Source: Octopus vulgaris (Eukaryota). From it: a stretch of DNA of 64,000 bases. The notes beneath the pieces are model-generated. The model searched no databases. It was not told where the DNA came from and was given only the letters and a program-made list of their open reading frames with translations. Positions 25,863 through 38,960 of the stretch are shown here, in pieces. Each line of letters begins with the position of its first letter. The stretch's first letter is position 1. The position numbers and the translations under genes are program-made. The DNA lies in NCBI GenBank assembly GCA_951406725.2, contig OX597832.1, positions 64,852,001 to 64,916,000 of the forward strand. The letters run 5' to 3'.

Positions 25863-28019
25863 CGGAAGACACTTCTTGGGCCAAAGTTGAAGCGGTACGA
25901 TGTCTATCGTCCATCACGCAACGCTGGAGGTGGTGAATATCATGCACAGTTAAAATACAACGACCTCGTAGATGTGTTTTGCTTAGCCGTCCTGTAGCAT
26001 TGTACTTCTGAATTGCTTTGGCGACTGTGTTTACGCTAATATGTATATATACATATACAGTGAGGTGTATGTATGGGACAATACGAGTACAGAAGCGGAG
26101 CTCAAATAGTCATCTTTTTTTTTTCAAATTTAATTTGCTGAAGTTACAAATTGTCTTCACAGCTAAGATTTCGTGCATTGATACTTATCGAAGTCTGATA
26201 AGTTCCAATACATGAAACTCTCGTGCATCGGAATTTCTGATTAAATTATAAATGTGTGTGTGCGTGTGTGTATGTGTGTGTTGCAGAGAAAGAGAGAAAA
26301 GAGATTTCGTTGACTGTTAGAGTCAGTTAAAAGCATCGTAAAGAAAATTTGCATTCGTCTTTTACAATTCCATAAATAAAGAATCCAACTTGCCCTGGCG
26401 GTAGATTCTTCTCTATCTCTGACTCGTTCTATCTTTCTGTCTATTTTCGTGAAGTAAACGATTCTACTAATATCTGGAAAGTAATGGCCACTGCAAGGTC
26501 AAAAAAAATTCCAAGATGCGCCAGAAGTCCATTCCTACTGGATACTATAGACATCTTTCAAAAATTTGGGTTGTTTCTCGATCCTTTCCTCTCTTTCAAA
26601 AAGGTCAACCGGCCGTGATTTGAAGCTTGATATTCCAGAATTTTATTTAACGGTTTCTTGTTTAGTGTCACATTAGAAGAACACGTGTCTATTTTTTTTT
26701 TTTGACACATTTTCTCTTAGACTCCCAATATAAATGTCACCTGAACTGAGCCATACATATGGAATACAAGAAAGCGTGAAACAACTGTGTCAGTCGCTTG
26801 AAAACGGGTACGTGAAACACCAATAAGTATAACTCATGGAGAACTGACTTTTCATATAGCAAATGTTAATATCGAACAGTATTGAGTTCATTCTTTCGTT
26901 AACTTGCATAAACAATATCTATCTATCTATATATACATATATATATATATTATGCATACATGAACAAAGGAACACGTCTACAAACATACACCACACATAA
27001 TCAGACGTGCATACAATAGGAACCTAGACGAAAAACCTGCGTGCACCCTATAAATAGCTGGAGACATTCATGAGAAATGGAGCAGACTTTGTAAAATAAC
27101 AGAGTAGCGCCGACACAGCTCATTGTTTTATAACGTATTGATTAAAAGACGGAAGAATAACAGAATATAAGAGAGTCTAGTTCTGTTTGACAGAAGCGGA
27201 TGTGACTTTGTTTAGTTTACTCTGAATTACTTACACACACATGCACACACACACATAAATATACACATTACGCGGTAGAGAGGTAGGGTCCTCAGAGAAA
27301 CGTGGTGATGGAGAGATAATTTATATATGTTCTCAAATACATACATACATATAGCTCTTAAATATCTGATACAAATATATTTACACACACATGTATTACG
27401 TATATGTATATATACATTTAAGTTTAAAATCTCATGCATAGATATGTATATAAATCAACTATATATGTATAAATATATATCTAATTTTTCCTATGTTTTC
27501 TCACCATGTGTATGTTTCTGAAGGTGCACGCGTGCATACACAGACATACATACATATATGCATTCATAACACACACACATTATATATATATATATAAACC
27601 GATACAATCTTAGAAATACACTAGCAAGTCAGTGCACCGGCGTGTATTTATGTTTGCTGTACTTCGACAATAAATTACGATGAAGGTGGAGGACAGAAGG
27701 AAATGGGGGAAAAAAGGGAAACAAACTAAAAGAAAGCACAATAGAAGCCAAAGATAAACAATCAGACAAGAAAAGGTAACTGCGTCACACAAAAGACGCA
27801 TGCGTCATTTTGCTGTCATGAGAACCAATCATGTCCGTCCGTCCGTGTGTTTATATATATATATATTATTGTGTGTGTTTGGTTCTTTGTGTGAGAGCGT
27901 TGAGCTGGCTGTGATAGATGTCACAACAATGCGAAGTGAAAAGTCTGTCATTAATGACACGTAGAATGAGGAGAGGAAGGAGGTGACATTACACAAGAAG
28001 TAGAAGAATTTACCAGAGC

Positions 28020-28071
<52 letters not shown>

Positions 28072-28290
28072 GGAGAGAGAGCAGCAATAAGAAGACTATG
28101 AAATCTATATATAAAATAAGGAATAATTATGGGAGAACGGAAGAGAAGGGTAGGGTGGGGAGAAGATAAATAAGAGGGAGAGACGGAAAAGGGGGAAGAT
28201 GGAGATTTGAGAGAAAAAAGAGAGAGGAAGTGAGAGAGAGCGTAAGCAAGAGAGAGGGAGAGGAAGGGAGCTAGAAAGAAGAGAGGAAGC

Positions 28291-28339
<49 letters not shown>

Positions 28340-28434
28340 AGTGCGCGGGGGAGCGAGAATGGAAAGTAGAGCAGGAATGGAGAGAAAAAGAAAATAAATG
28401 AAGAGAGAGAGAAGGAGGAGTAAAGGAGGCAGAG

Positions 28435-28585
28435 TGTCAAGGAGAGAGAGAATGTGAAGGAGAGAGAGAGAGTGTGTGTGGAGGAGAGAGAGAGAGTGAA
28501 GGAGAGAGAGAGTGTGTGTGAAGGAGAGAGAGAGTGAAGGAGAGAGAGTGAGTGAAGGAGAGAGAGAGAGTGTGAAGGAGAGAAT
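28435..28585. repeat. Minisatellite GTGAAGGA(GA)n, ~8 units, within a purine-rich tract
   Basis: Direct reading. Confidence 0.8.
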
Positions 28586-30296
28586 GCGAGAGGAAAATAA
28601 GAGGAAGAGAAGGTGAGAAGTTTTAGTAATGACGTTTGAACATTATGGGCAAAACCAATGGGAATGAATGAAAACATTTAAATATGTCGTTAAAATAGGA
28701 TTATATAATGACAGCAGTAGTAGTAGTAGCAGCAGCAGTAGCAACTGCGATTGTAGTTATTCTAATAGTTATTGTAACCATAAGAGTAGTCTAATAAGCA
28801 GCACCTGATGCTATAAAACACTATCACCGCTACCACTACAGCCATCACCTTTTCTACTATTGTTATTTGTGTCACCTATTCCTACCTGCATTTTTGTATT
28901 TTAATTAATTCAGGAAACAACGCATTCTTTACACACACACACACACACACACAATGACAAAAACACACCAACATTCTCACACGGGACTTCAAGATGCTTG
29001 TTTAGTCTCGAACTCCCAATCTCCTTCAAGCTAGACTAATATCTTAAAAAGAAAGAAAAAAACAAAACAAGATAAAAAAAACATATAAAACGGGATGGTC
29101 ACAGTTGGAGCGAGTTCGATTATAGTGGCACACATTAAGGAACGACATGGAAAAGTGAATGCCTTTTTCTTGTTTTGTTTTTGTCCTGTTTCTTTCGATT
29201 ACTTGGAAATTGATAAAAATGCATGAAATGGACGAAAATATATTCAAAATAATATTTCCCATTATTCAATCGTTTCGTTCATTCATGGGTCCGCCATATT
29301 TCTAAAGAGGATATCTCACTGATATGGTTTACAGAGAGAAAACAAAATAGAGAGAGAAGAAAAAAAGCTCTATCTCATTTGTGCGATGGTGTTGCTGTTG
29401 AAATATCAACCCAATCACAATGGAAGCATTCGTCTAACTGGGTTCACTTCATTTCACCCTAACTGAATTTATTCTTTTTAATGGATTTCCAATGACATTA
29501 TCATGATTGGAGATGCTGGTTTTTCATTATCAACACGAAATTCCAAAGCATGATTAAACATTTTAAAAAGTGTTTACATGTATCGGACTACAATAAAACA
29601 CGAAAGTATTAAAGAATAAAGGCATTAACGAACGGATGTTTATAAATAATTAAAGTCTGACAGAAGCGAAATATTCAATAGCAAATAAGGACAAAAAGAA
29701 AATTGTCACATTTTTACATGTTGATTCTAAAAGTCTGTAGGTTTTAGACCAAACATCTCAGAATAACCAGCAGCAGCGGCAACAGCACTGCTGGTTACAA
29801 AAAATTCAGATAGAAGAAATTAGAAAACGCAGTTGTGATTAATCTCTGGTTAATTCTATGGAGTACGCCCGTAATCGAAAGCTTTCAGGCAGTAACTATT
29901 CTGCAGTATTATTGGCAAGTGCCGACCAATGACTTATGAGTGATTCAGACGGAAAGTGTGCGGAAGCTCGTCTCGTGTGTGTATATATCGCTTTGAGTCA
30001 CATCTCACTATTTGACAACCGGTTTTGCTTTGTATATGTTCCTGTAAGTTAGCTTTTCGAGAAAAATATCGAGAGAATAAGTATCGGACTTCAAGTAAAA
30101 GAAAAAAAAGGGTAACTACCAGGTTCGATTTGTTCAACTAAAACCCTTCAAAGTGGTCTCCCCCTCCTGGCCGCCGTCCAGTGACTGAAACAAGTGAAAG
30201 ATGTGCAATCATTCACTGCAGTAATTTGAGAAGATATTAAAACTTATGCAGTGAGTTCTAAAATGATTTAGTGTAACAACTTATGATTTACAAATA

Positions 30297-30299
<3 letters not shown>

Positions 30300-30363
<64 letters not shown>
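30300..30363. repeat. (GA)n microsatellite
   Basis: Direct reading. Confidence 0.97.
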
Positions 30364-30367
<4 letters not shown>

Positions 30368-32326
30368 AAATTTAGCCTACATGGAAAACTAACAGAAGGT
30401 TGCAACAAAGGAGGGATTATCTTGGCTAATCATATCAAACAGTTGCTGATTTGGAGAGACGATGAAACGATTTGGTAGAGGAGAATATTTACTCATATTC
30501 TATATTTGCCTAATGTACTATCTCTTTATCAATATCTCACAGACTTCTATCATAGTTTGCATATATTTCTTGTTATAACTACACCAGTGCTATATTTGAA
30601 GAATATCATAATCGGCTAGAAGATAATGGGCATTATTTCATTGATATGAGCGTATTATCACACAAATATTCTACACTTCCACACATACGTTTGCCGACAT
30701 AGAGAAAACATCAGAGTATATCGAATTGTCAACAATTCGAAAATTAAAAAAGTATTCCATAACGCAATAATATAACATATGATAGAGCAATTTAATTAAG
30801 TAAGTATATCTAGTTTTTCACTAAATCAGTTTTGTGATTAATGAAATTAATTCATTCGTATGTTCTATGGTATAATTTTTCACCAACATATAATATTCGA
30901 ATCTACATCACCTTGTGATTTATTCTGTATATTGATTATTGTGTAACACAGTTTGACTAAGATGGGTGGAGATGGAGATAGAGAGGTGGAGAGATAGAGA
31001 GAGAAAAAGAATAAAACAATGAGATGGAATAAAACTGAGAGACAGAAAGATAAATAGCAAGAGGCTGTGACTTAAATGCAGGAGTTGATAAGACCTAAAA
31101 AAGGTCTGCATTATGATCCATCGATTGTTCGAATTACGCGTCTTCTCTCGTCAGACTATATCAATAATTAATTATATGTTGGTATCTAATTTTGCAATTT
31201 GGTCTTGAAAAGTGTTAATTAATGAATTCCATAAAGTTTTACTAATACAACTTTAAAATAATTATAAATATTTATATAGGAAATAATTGTATATAAATAT
31301 TTCCTATTACTCTGAAGCTGATAGTATACCAAGTTCGAAATGTAATACTTCCGATGTAAAAGTCACACGTTGTTGTAAGTAGTTTTAACTCTAAAATTAG
31401 TTCAGAAGAAGATGGTGATGATGATGAAAAAATGCTTTGTATAATATATAGTTTGTTTTTACTTTCTTTTGTGTAAAACAGATTTGATTGCGTGTGCAGT
31501 AGCAGACAAACAAACGTCCATAGCATGGCACTCTGCCATTGAAATCAGTGGCAGGAAAAGTGCTATTAACTCGAAAGTGAAAGTCGTAAGTCTGCAGGAA
31601 CGACTAGGCAAACACACAGAGGTTTTCCAGAACATTTTTGCTAATTTTCTTGCAGTTTTCCATATACCCAAGCAGATTACTATTAAACATCATCTCGGTA
31701 TCAATCAGAAAGATTTCGGATTGACAAAATCTTTGAAGTACAGTCAAGTACCAGAATAACGGAATCTGGTGGTCTTGAGTGTATACAGCCAAAAGTCGAG
31801 AACAAAGTTGCATTCCATATTAATCTTTAATTCTATAAAGCTGTACCTAGCCAGAGCTTAACAAGGCCTTACGTAGGAACCAAAGTAGGTTCAAGAGAAA
31901 GGGAAGAATGATTGAACGGCCGGGAGAGTTATTGAAATGTTAGGGGCAAAAAGCCCCAGTCTTATTATCTGAACAATTCATTTAAATAAAAAAAAAGGTG
32001 GGGCTGTCAGTGTCGAAAATGTTGGGAAAAAATTATCTCTTATTATAAAATTATGTACCGAGAGTGAATATATCCAAAATCGTTATATTTTTATTTACCC
32101 AAGACTAGATCAGGTTTCGTTGTTAAACATGACTCATAATCAAAACAACTGCAAGCAAGACTACTTAGAAGCGGGGGAAAAAATCACTAATTTTGATATA
32201 TACATATGAAGATATGTTGTATACATATTTTATGATTCTAAATTATATTAATAATGCGATGCTCCGGCATCGATCTCTCTCATGTTGTGCATATAAATAT
32301 TTAATGAAGAATATTTTTTTATTTAA

Positions 32327-32357
<31 letters not shown>

Positions 32358-32369
32358 CATATACACATA

Positions 32370-32577
32370 CAGGGTTTATAGTAGGTTTATAGTTATTCAA
32401 CTATCTCTTTCGTATTCATATATTAAGAGTTTAGATCTTAATTATGAAAAAATGTGAAACCATTATTCTATCTTAAGTTAGTTAATTGTAAGATAGAAAT
32501 TTAAATGTATTAAAATGTTTTAAAAGAAATTTAAAGTACCTACGTGATAACTGTAAACCTACTATTGGGCCACCCTG
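32370..32577. mobile_element. Tc1/mariner-superfamily MITE (~208 bp)
   Basis: TA|CAGGGT..ATAGTAGGTTTATAGTTAT at left and ATAACTGTAAACCTACTATTGGGCCACCCTG|TA at right; the left TIR is partly deleted. Confidence 0.8.
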
Positions 32578-33304
32578 TATGTGAGAAAGAACCCGTACAG
32601 CTCTAATCGCATCTAAGCTGAAGTATAGCTTGAACTCAACATTATATGATTATTAAATCAGGATTATACATATTTCTGGGATTTTAGTCATACATTAATT
32701 TCTTAATTTCTATTTAAAATTGGTAACTGAGTGGGTGTGCTTCTGCCTGAAAACTATATGTGCGTGCATGTGTATGTGACTCACTAAGTCATCCCAAAAT
32801 ACGCTCGCACCAACTTATGCCTCTATAGAACTCACAAAAAAAGACAACCCCAAAACTTAACATCACACAGATAAACATCTTTCTAACATCTTGTACTGGA
32901 TGGACAGTTAATTTCAAGTTCGATAAATCCCTTGGTTACCATAGTGTAACTGGAGGCAGTAAAGTTTGGGAACTTCTGATCCTATACGAACATGTATTCC
33001 AGTAATTATTCTTTTATCTTGTTCACGTCATTGGACTGCGGACATGCTGGGACATCACCTTGAAGTGTTTAGTCAATCAAATTGCATCATAATCCCTAAA
33101 GCCTGGCAATTAATATTTCGGTCCGAACCATTTACATAAATAAACCAACAGCAGTTGTTAAGCAGGTGGGAGACAAAAACAAAGATACATAAGTCGAAGG
33201 CATAAGAATTTTATAATCATTTCGAAAGAATTCGTTTTAGAAACTCTGGCTCTCGAAGCACATCTATAAACAATATATATGAGATGTGTTTCGAGAACCA
33301 ATGT

Positions 33305-33368
<64 letters not shown>

Positions 33369-33392
33369 TTGCATCTACTCTCGTACACAATC

Positions 33393-33761
33393 ATATGTGG
33401 GGTGGGAAAGAATTTAGGCAGTACACTGCAAAGCACGCGGCCTCGGTTTCAGTCTCACTGCGCGGCGGCATACTTCTGTGTCTTCTAGTGTCGCTCCGGG
33501 CCTACCAAATCCACTTGTAAGGCTTTGATCAGCCCGAGGCTATAATAGAAGACACTTGCCCAGGGTGCCACGCAGTTGGACTGAACACGGAACCATATGG
33601 GCGGGCTTCTTTCAGTTTCCGTCTACCAAATCTACTTACAAGGTTTTGGTAGGCCCGGAGCGACACTAGAAGACACCGAAGTATGCCGCCGCGCAGTGAG
33701 ACTGAAACCGAGGCCGCGTGCTTTGCAGTGTACTGCCTAAATTCTTTCCCACCCCACATAT
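33393..33761. repeat. Near-perfect inverted duplication of a SINE A head (arms 33393-33509 and 33645-33761) around minus-strand SINE A sequence
   Basis: ~117 bp arms with one visible mismatch; the ORF track gives the same peptide (MWGGKEFRQYTAKHAASV...) on both strands. Confidence 0.95.
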
Positions 33762-35459
33762 ACTTGTGTGCGTGTATGGATGAAGGATTTTCGTGATCGA
33801 ATGCGTGTTGACATTTGCGTTTCGTTACGTTAAAAAGAAAAATCGAAGTCGTGCTTGAAGAATGCTGCGATGGTGATGTTTTTCAAGCAAAATGAAAATG
33901 GGAGTAGTGTACATCGATCCCGAGACACGGATATATAAATAGAAATACCAGCAAATAATGCACCCTCACCCTTTTTTACGACATGTAAAATCAAATCCGT
34001 CACACAGCGTATCGATTGCTCCACACCCTCGAAAGTATCACGTTCTACATGTTATTAGTAATATGATCTCTCCTTCTCTCTCTCTTTCTTTCTTTCTTTC
34101 ATTCTCTTGTTTTCTACGTTTCTGTGTTTAGCGCAGTCTGTCATGTTGATGTCTCTGCGCATGTAAAACATCACACCCACAACGCCCTCCAACACCATAC
34201 CCCCACCCACTTCTGATCCATGCAAATTTTCGCATTAGTCTCGATGCATTTTAAATACCTGCACCGACATAGCTGCAGAGGTAGAAAGTTTGGCTTCTTA
34301 ACCACGTGATTCCCAGTTCGAATCCATTATGTGGAATAAATTGAGCAAAATATCTTCTGCTATTGTTCCAAGTTGACTTATGCTTTGTGATTATAAAAGT
34401 TGAGAGGCGGAAACAGTACCGAAGTCTGTTGGATGTTGAGTGTGTGTGTGTACTCTGGCCGTGACCATCGTGTTCAGTTTTTGTTCTGGAGTATTTATTA
34501 TAATAGAGGTAGGACTTCAAATCCGGCAGTCTGAAAAATTGCCTATTGCCAAGACCCCGGAAACAGCTGGAATTTATCATCTTACTGTACAGCCTTACCA
34601 TCTCATTGTAGATACACGGGTGCGTGAGTATATGCAAGAGCAAAATTTGAAACTCAGAATACAAATAATCTTCTCAAAACCATAGTGTATCGGTATATGT
34701 TACTAGTTGAAATATGCCTGAGAGATTCGAACTTTTAAGAAAGCCAATCACTGCATCTTGCCATGACGAAAACTTCTCATTGATCATTTAAAAAGGTGTA
34801 AAGACACCAAATCAGTCCGGTGCACTCTCTACCCAGATCGATTAGCCCTCAACTCAGATTGATTAGCGCTTCTAATCCGTGTTGTATTGATGACGATAGA
34901 TTCAAATACCCGGGGATACAAATCGAATTTTTAAAATCAAAATATACATTAAAAAAAGAAGAAAAAAAGGAATGATCAATTTTGGAGGAACAAAAATTCC
35001 GTGGGAAATGAAAAATTTGGAAAGATTATGACGATGTTTGAATGTTTACACTAAATACTACCCCGACCTTTATACCCGAAAATACAATAATAGCCAAAGG
35101 ATTCATTCCTTGCGTAAAAACACTAGAGAGACTTTTGAAAGCGATTTTCTTGTTATATTTTTTTCCTTCTGTAACTCGTTCATTGTTCACATAAAAGCTC
35201 TGCGTATTATTTAAGTAGGAATAATATTTTGTGTAGCGTAAATAGATAAATAAAAATTAACAAAAGCAGGAAAGTACAATTTCGAAAAACCTGTCCTACC
35301 AGCTGTGAATAACTGTCAAAACATATGACTAAATATATAAAACTGTGATTCTAAAGTTACTCAGCAGGAACGCAAATATTTTCGGCGTTTGATTGGTTGG
35401 TGATTTTTCTGTTTTGTATTGGCTGGAGGAAGGTGGGAATTGAGGTGCGGAAGGCAGCT

Positions 35460-35860
35460 CTGTTGATTATGGTGGTGGAGGAAGTGTTCTTGCTGCTGCT
35501 GCTGGTGGTAATGATAGTAGCGTCGTGATTTTAGTTGAATTTCGTTGGCGATGGTGACATAAACTGTTGATATTTGTGGTGGTGATGGTGGCGGATGGTA
35601 GCAGTGGTTGTGAATATATTGTTTGTGATGTTAGTAGTGCTGGTGGTGGTTGAGGGGGTAGCGGAGATGATAATGATGGAGGGGGTACAGTTGGTGGGGA
35701 TAGTGGAGTTGATGGCGATGACAGAGTCAGTGACAATAGCGGTGGTTTTGAGAATGTTGCGGTTGTCAGTGATGATGATGGTGGGGATGGTGAAAACGGT
35801 GGTTTAATGTGTTGGTGGCGGTAGTGGGTGAGGGAGCAATAGTAGTGGTAGTGGTAGATG
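35460..35860. repeat. Degenerate (GGT/GAT)-rich low-complexity tract
   Basis: Direct reading. Confidence 0.8.
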
Positions 35861-36903
35861 TGAACTGATCCCGTTGTGGTGATGCTCGAAGAAATACCAC
35901 ACCCGACATTGTTCTTTAACTTGTTTAAACCCCCGAGTTCAATGCCATGTTAGATGTACCTTTCAATAAGTAAAATGTCGATGCCCTTGTCCAAGTTATT
36001 TTGATCGTGAGAAAGAAAATCGTGCGGTAGTTGTTGCAGAATTTCCTGTTCTGATTTCAAATCCTGACAAGATCAGCTTTTCTGGCAACGTTGTAGGAAG
36101 GTCAATAAATTAAGTAGATATTATAATATCAAGTGAGCTACCTCTTTGAAGTTAAATCTTTCACCTTTCTCTGTTGTGAAAACAAATGCCGATTCCTATC
36201 ACTGGTGTCCTCGTAGTGGCATTTGGATTCTTCACAACCTGGTTAGCAATGATAGATAGGCGCCAATGTCAAGTGAAGCGAGGCAGTGATTGTTGGAACC
36301 GTCCAGTTGCATCGATGTACTTGAACGTGAAAGTGGTTCAGAGCAGACACCAAAAGCAACTTTAGAAACCCGGCTCAACCAGACACAGTAACTCCATCAC
36401 ATAGTTAAGATACCGCAATGGTTACCAATCTTTTCATTATCAAGCACACAATGAATTATCCCCGCGCAGTCCAGGCTTCTGAAGGGCCTGTCTTGTTTTT
36501 ATGTTTTAATGAAGAGTGAAAAAGAAAAGGTGCTACCCGTGACACTTAACATGACCTTCACGACTGGTGGGTAGGAGCGAGAAATAGTATCCTCGACCGC
36601 AGACTTGTCCAGAAGGCTTGCAACAGAGTGGACTTTGTTAAAAAGCCCCAAGGTATCAGAATGGTGGACTTAAACAAGGTAAACGGTTATGTCTGCAACA
36701 AATTTAGCACTCAGACCACGAACCCCAAGGTGGAAACTTGGCACATGCGCTTATTGAATGTCAAGTACTCACTGATAACATCTAGTTGGTTGATATGAGT
36801 TCAATTCCTATGTTACTGAATCTACACATATTCAGTTTTAACAGGAACGAGCAAGCGGCCCTACATGTACAACAATAACAAATGCGACAATTTATAGGGT
36901 ATG

Positions 36904-37118
36904 AAGGCGGCGAGCTGGCAGAAACGTTAGCACACCGGGCGAAATGCTTAGAGGTACTTCGTCTGCCGTTACGATCTGAGTTCAAATTCCGCCGAGGTCG
37001 ACTTTGCCTTTCATCCTTTCGGGATCGATAAATTAAGTACCAGTTGCGTACTGGGGTCGATCAAATCGACTGACACCCTCCCCCAAAATTTCGGGCTTTG
37101 TGCCTAGAGTAGAAAAAA
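36904..37118 (+). mobile_element. SINE family B, well-preserved full-length copy
   Basis: AAGGCGGCGAGCTGGCAGAAACGTTAGC...GAGTTCAAATTCC (B-box-like)...GTGCCTAGAGTAGAAAA, flanked by GGTATGAA on both sides (candidate TSD). Confidence 0.92.
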
Positions 37119-37216
37119 TATCAGGTATGAATAACAGAATGAAATCAATCTAATAATAGGGATTAGATCCGGGTACTTTTCTGTCATCGGCAGCTAAATA
37201 TTTTTATTTACTAAAA

Positions 37217-37392
37217 GGCGAGGCTGTGTCGAAAAAAAGCTTGTTTTTCAACCATATAGTTCCAAGTTCAGCATAATGGGTCGGATTTTTTGCGTGAAAC
37301 ATTGCGCTAGTGGCTATATGGCATCGGGGCGACCAAAGCTTTGCGAGAGAATTTGGCAGACGGAAACTGAAAGAAGTTAGTCGTGTGTGTGC

Positions 37393-37434
<42 letters not shown>

Positions 37435-37590
37435 TTCGTGACAGGTGTTGTAGTGTTTACGTCTCCAAAACTTTTACGGTTCGGCAAAACAAACTAAAGA
37501 ATTAAAAAATAAATAAATAATGGCTCGATTCATTCGACTAAAAATTCTTCAAGGCGGTGCCCCAGTGTGGCCGCAGTAAATGACAAACAA
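37217..37590 (+). mobile_element. SINE family A, head-(GT)n-tail
   Basis: GACGGAAACTGAAAGAAG, internal (GT)n, tail TTCAAGGCGGTGCCCCAGTGTGGCCGCAG. Confidence 0.8.
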
Positions 37591-38409
37591 ATAACAGATA
37601 AAATGATTATTACATTCGTGAGACTGTTGGGGGGGGGGGGTGGCGGGGAGCTTTCGGAAAAGCTATCGCTACTTTTTGGAGAGGACAAAGAGCAAGGAAC
37701 TGGGTGATCATTTAATGATATATTTAGCAATTACATGAAAAGATATTGGCTGTCGATAACTGGTATCAGATAAAGGATCCGGGATTGGAAATCTGAGGAT
37801 ATTATCGATTACGAGAAGTACCTGAACAAGGCCAGAGGTTATAACGGCCGAAAAGTTTGGGTTACAACAAGTAAGATGAGGACACTCGTCCGAATAAATC
37901 AGTGAATAACAACACGAATTGGTCATCTCAGAAATTCAGACTAAATATATTGAATGAATCTATGATAATATTTGACCAAACATATTTGTCTTTATTTTTA
38001 TTTGTTTTTGTTTTTCAATAAAATATCCTCATCTCCCTCCTCTGTCATTACTTCTCTCCATTCCCCCCCTTCTTCTAGTTATTGACTTTCTTTTGTTTTT
38101 CTTTTATATCTCTTTTGTTTGTCATTCTGTAAAGTTCTTTCTTTCACTTTTATTTTTTCTATCCATTTCCCCCGTCAATCCTTCTTTCTTTCCATCTGTC
38201 TGTCATTTAGCCGTTATGTCTCCCTTCTTTCTTTCTTTCAGATTTGTTATCTTTGCCTCTCTATCTGCACCAATCAGACTTTATCGAAACACAGAAACAC
38301 CACATCGATCTCTATCTGGCGTTCTATCTAAATCAAATTATCGATACACCACATTCTCACACAGATATCAAAAACAAAACGAAAAATTACATGAAATAAA
38401 AAAAAGAAC

Positions 38410-38960
38410 ATCACCACCACTTCCATCAACACCACTGCCACCATCAACCGGCAGGTGCAATAACAGAAAGAACACAAGAACCGTCACTATACACCACCGC
38501 CACCACCAGACAGCCACAGCACCACTCCACCGATAGCATCCGTTACCGACAAGATCTCTAATATGAGATCCCCAGTCACTAGCGACCCCAGCGCCAACAA
38601 CAGCCCGAGCACTGCTCTTCCCATCCACCGTCATGAACAACGCCACGGAAAAGAACAACATCGCCGCTGTCGCTGCCACCGCTACCGTACTCATCGACAC
38701 CACACCATCGTCGCCATCACTGACAACACCAGCGACGGCACTAGTATCCCCATTAATCAACAACCCCCACAATAAACCCCCAATATAGACAGTCCCCACC
38801 ACAAAAACCAACACCAACGCCACCATCAATAACAGCACCAGAAGTGACGGTACCATCGTCGTCATCACTATCACTGACACTCCAACGAAAAATCCTCACC
38901 ACCGCTAACGACATCAGCACCATCTCCACCGCCAACTCCAAACAACTCCCTCAACGGCTA
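38410..38960. repeat. Degenerate (CAC/CAT)-rich low-complexity tract
   Basis: Direct reading; explains the Val/Gly-rich minus-strand ORFs. Confidence 0.8.

Noticed and set aside
31459-31813. Overlapping 69-96 aa ORFs in unique sequence
   Set aside because: No motif was recognised and such lengths are expected by chance.
38093-38941. 147-170 aa ORFs rich in Thr/Pro/His or Val/Gly
   Set aside because: They are products of a degenerate CAC/CAT triplet tract; similar tracts occur at 18.5-19 kb and 35.5 kb in both orientations.
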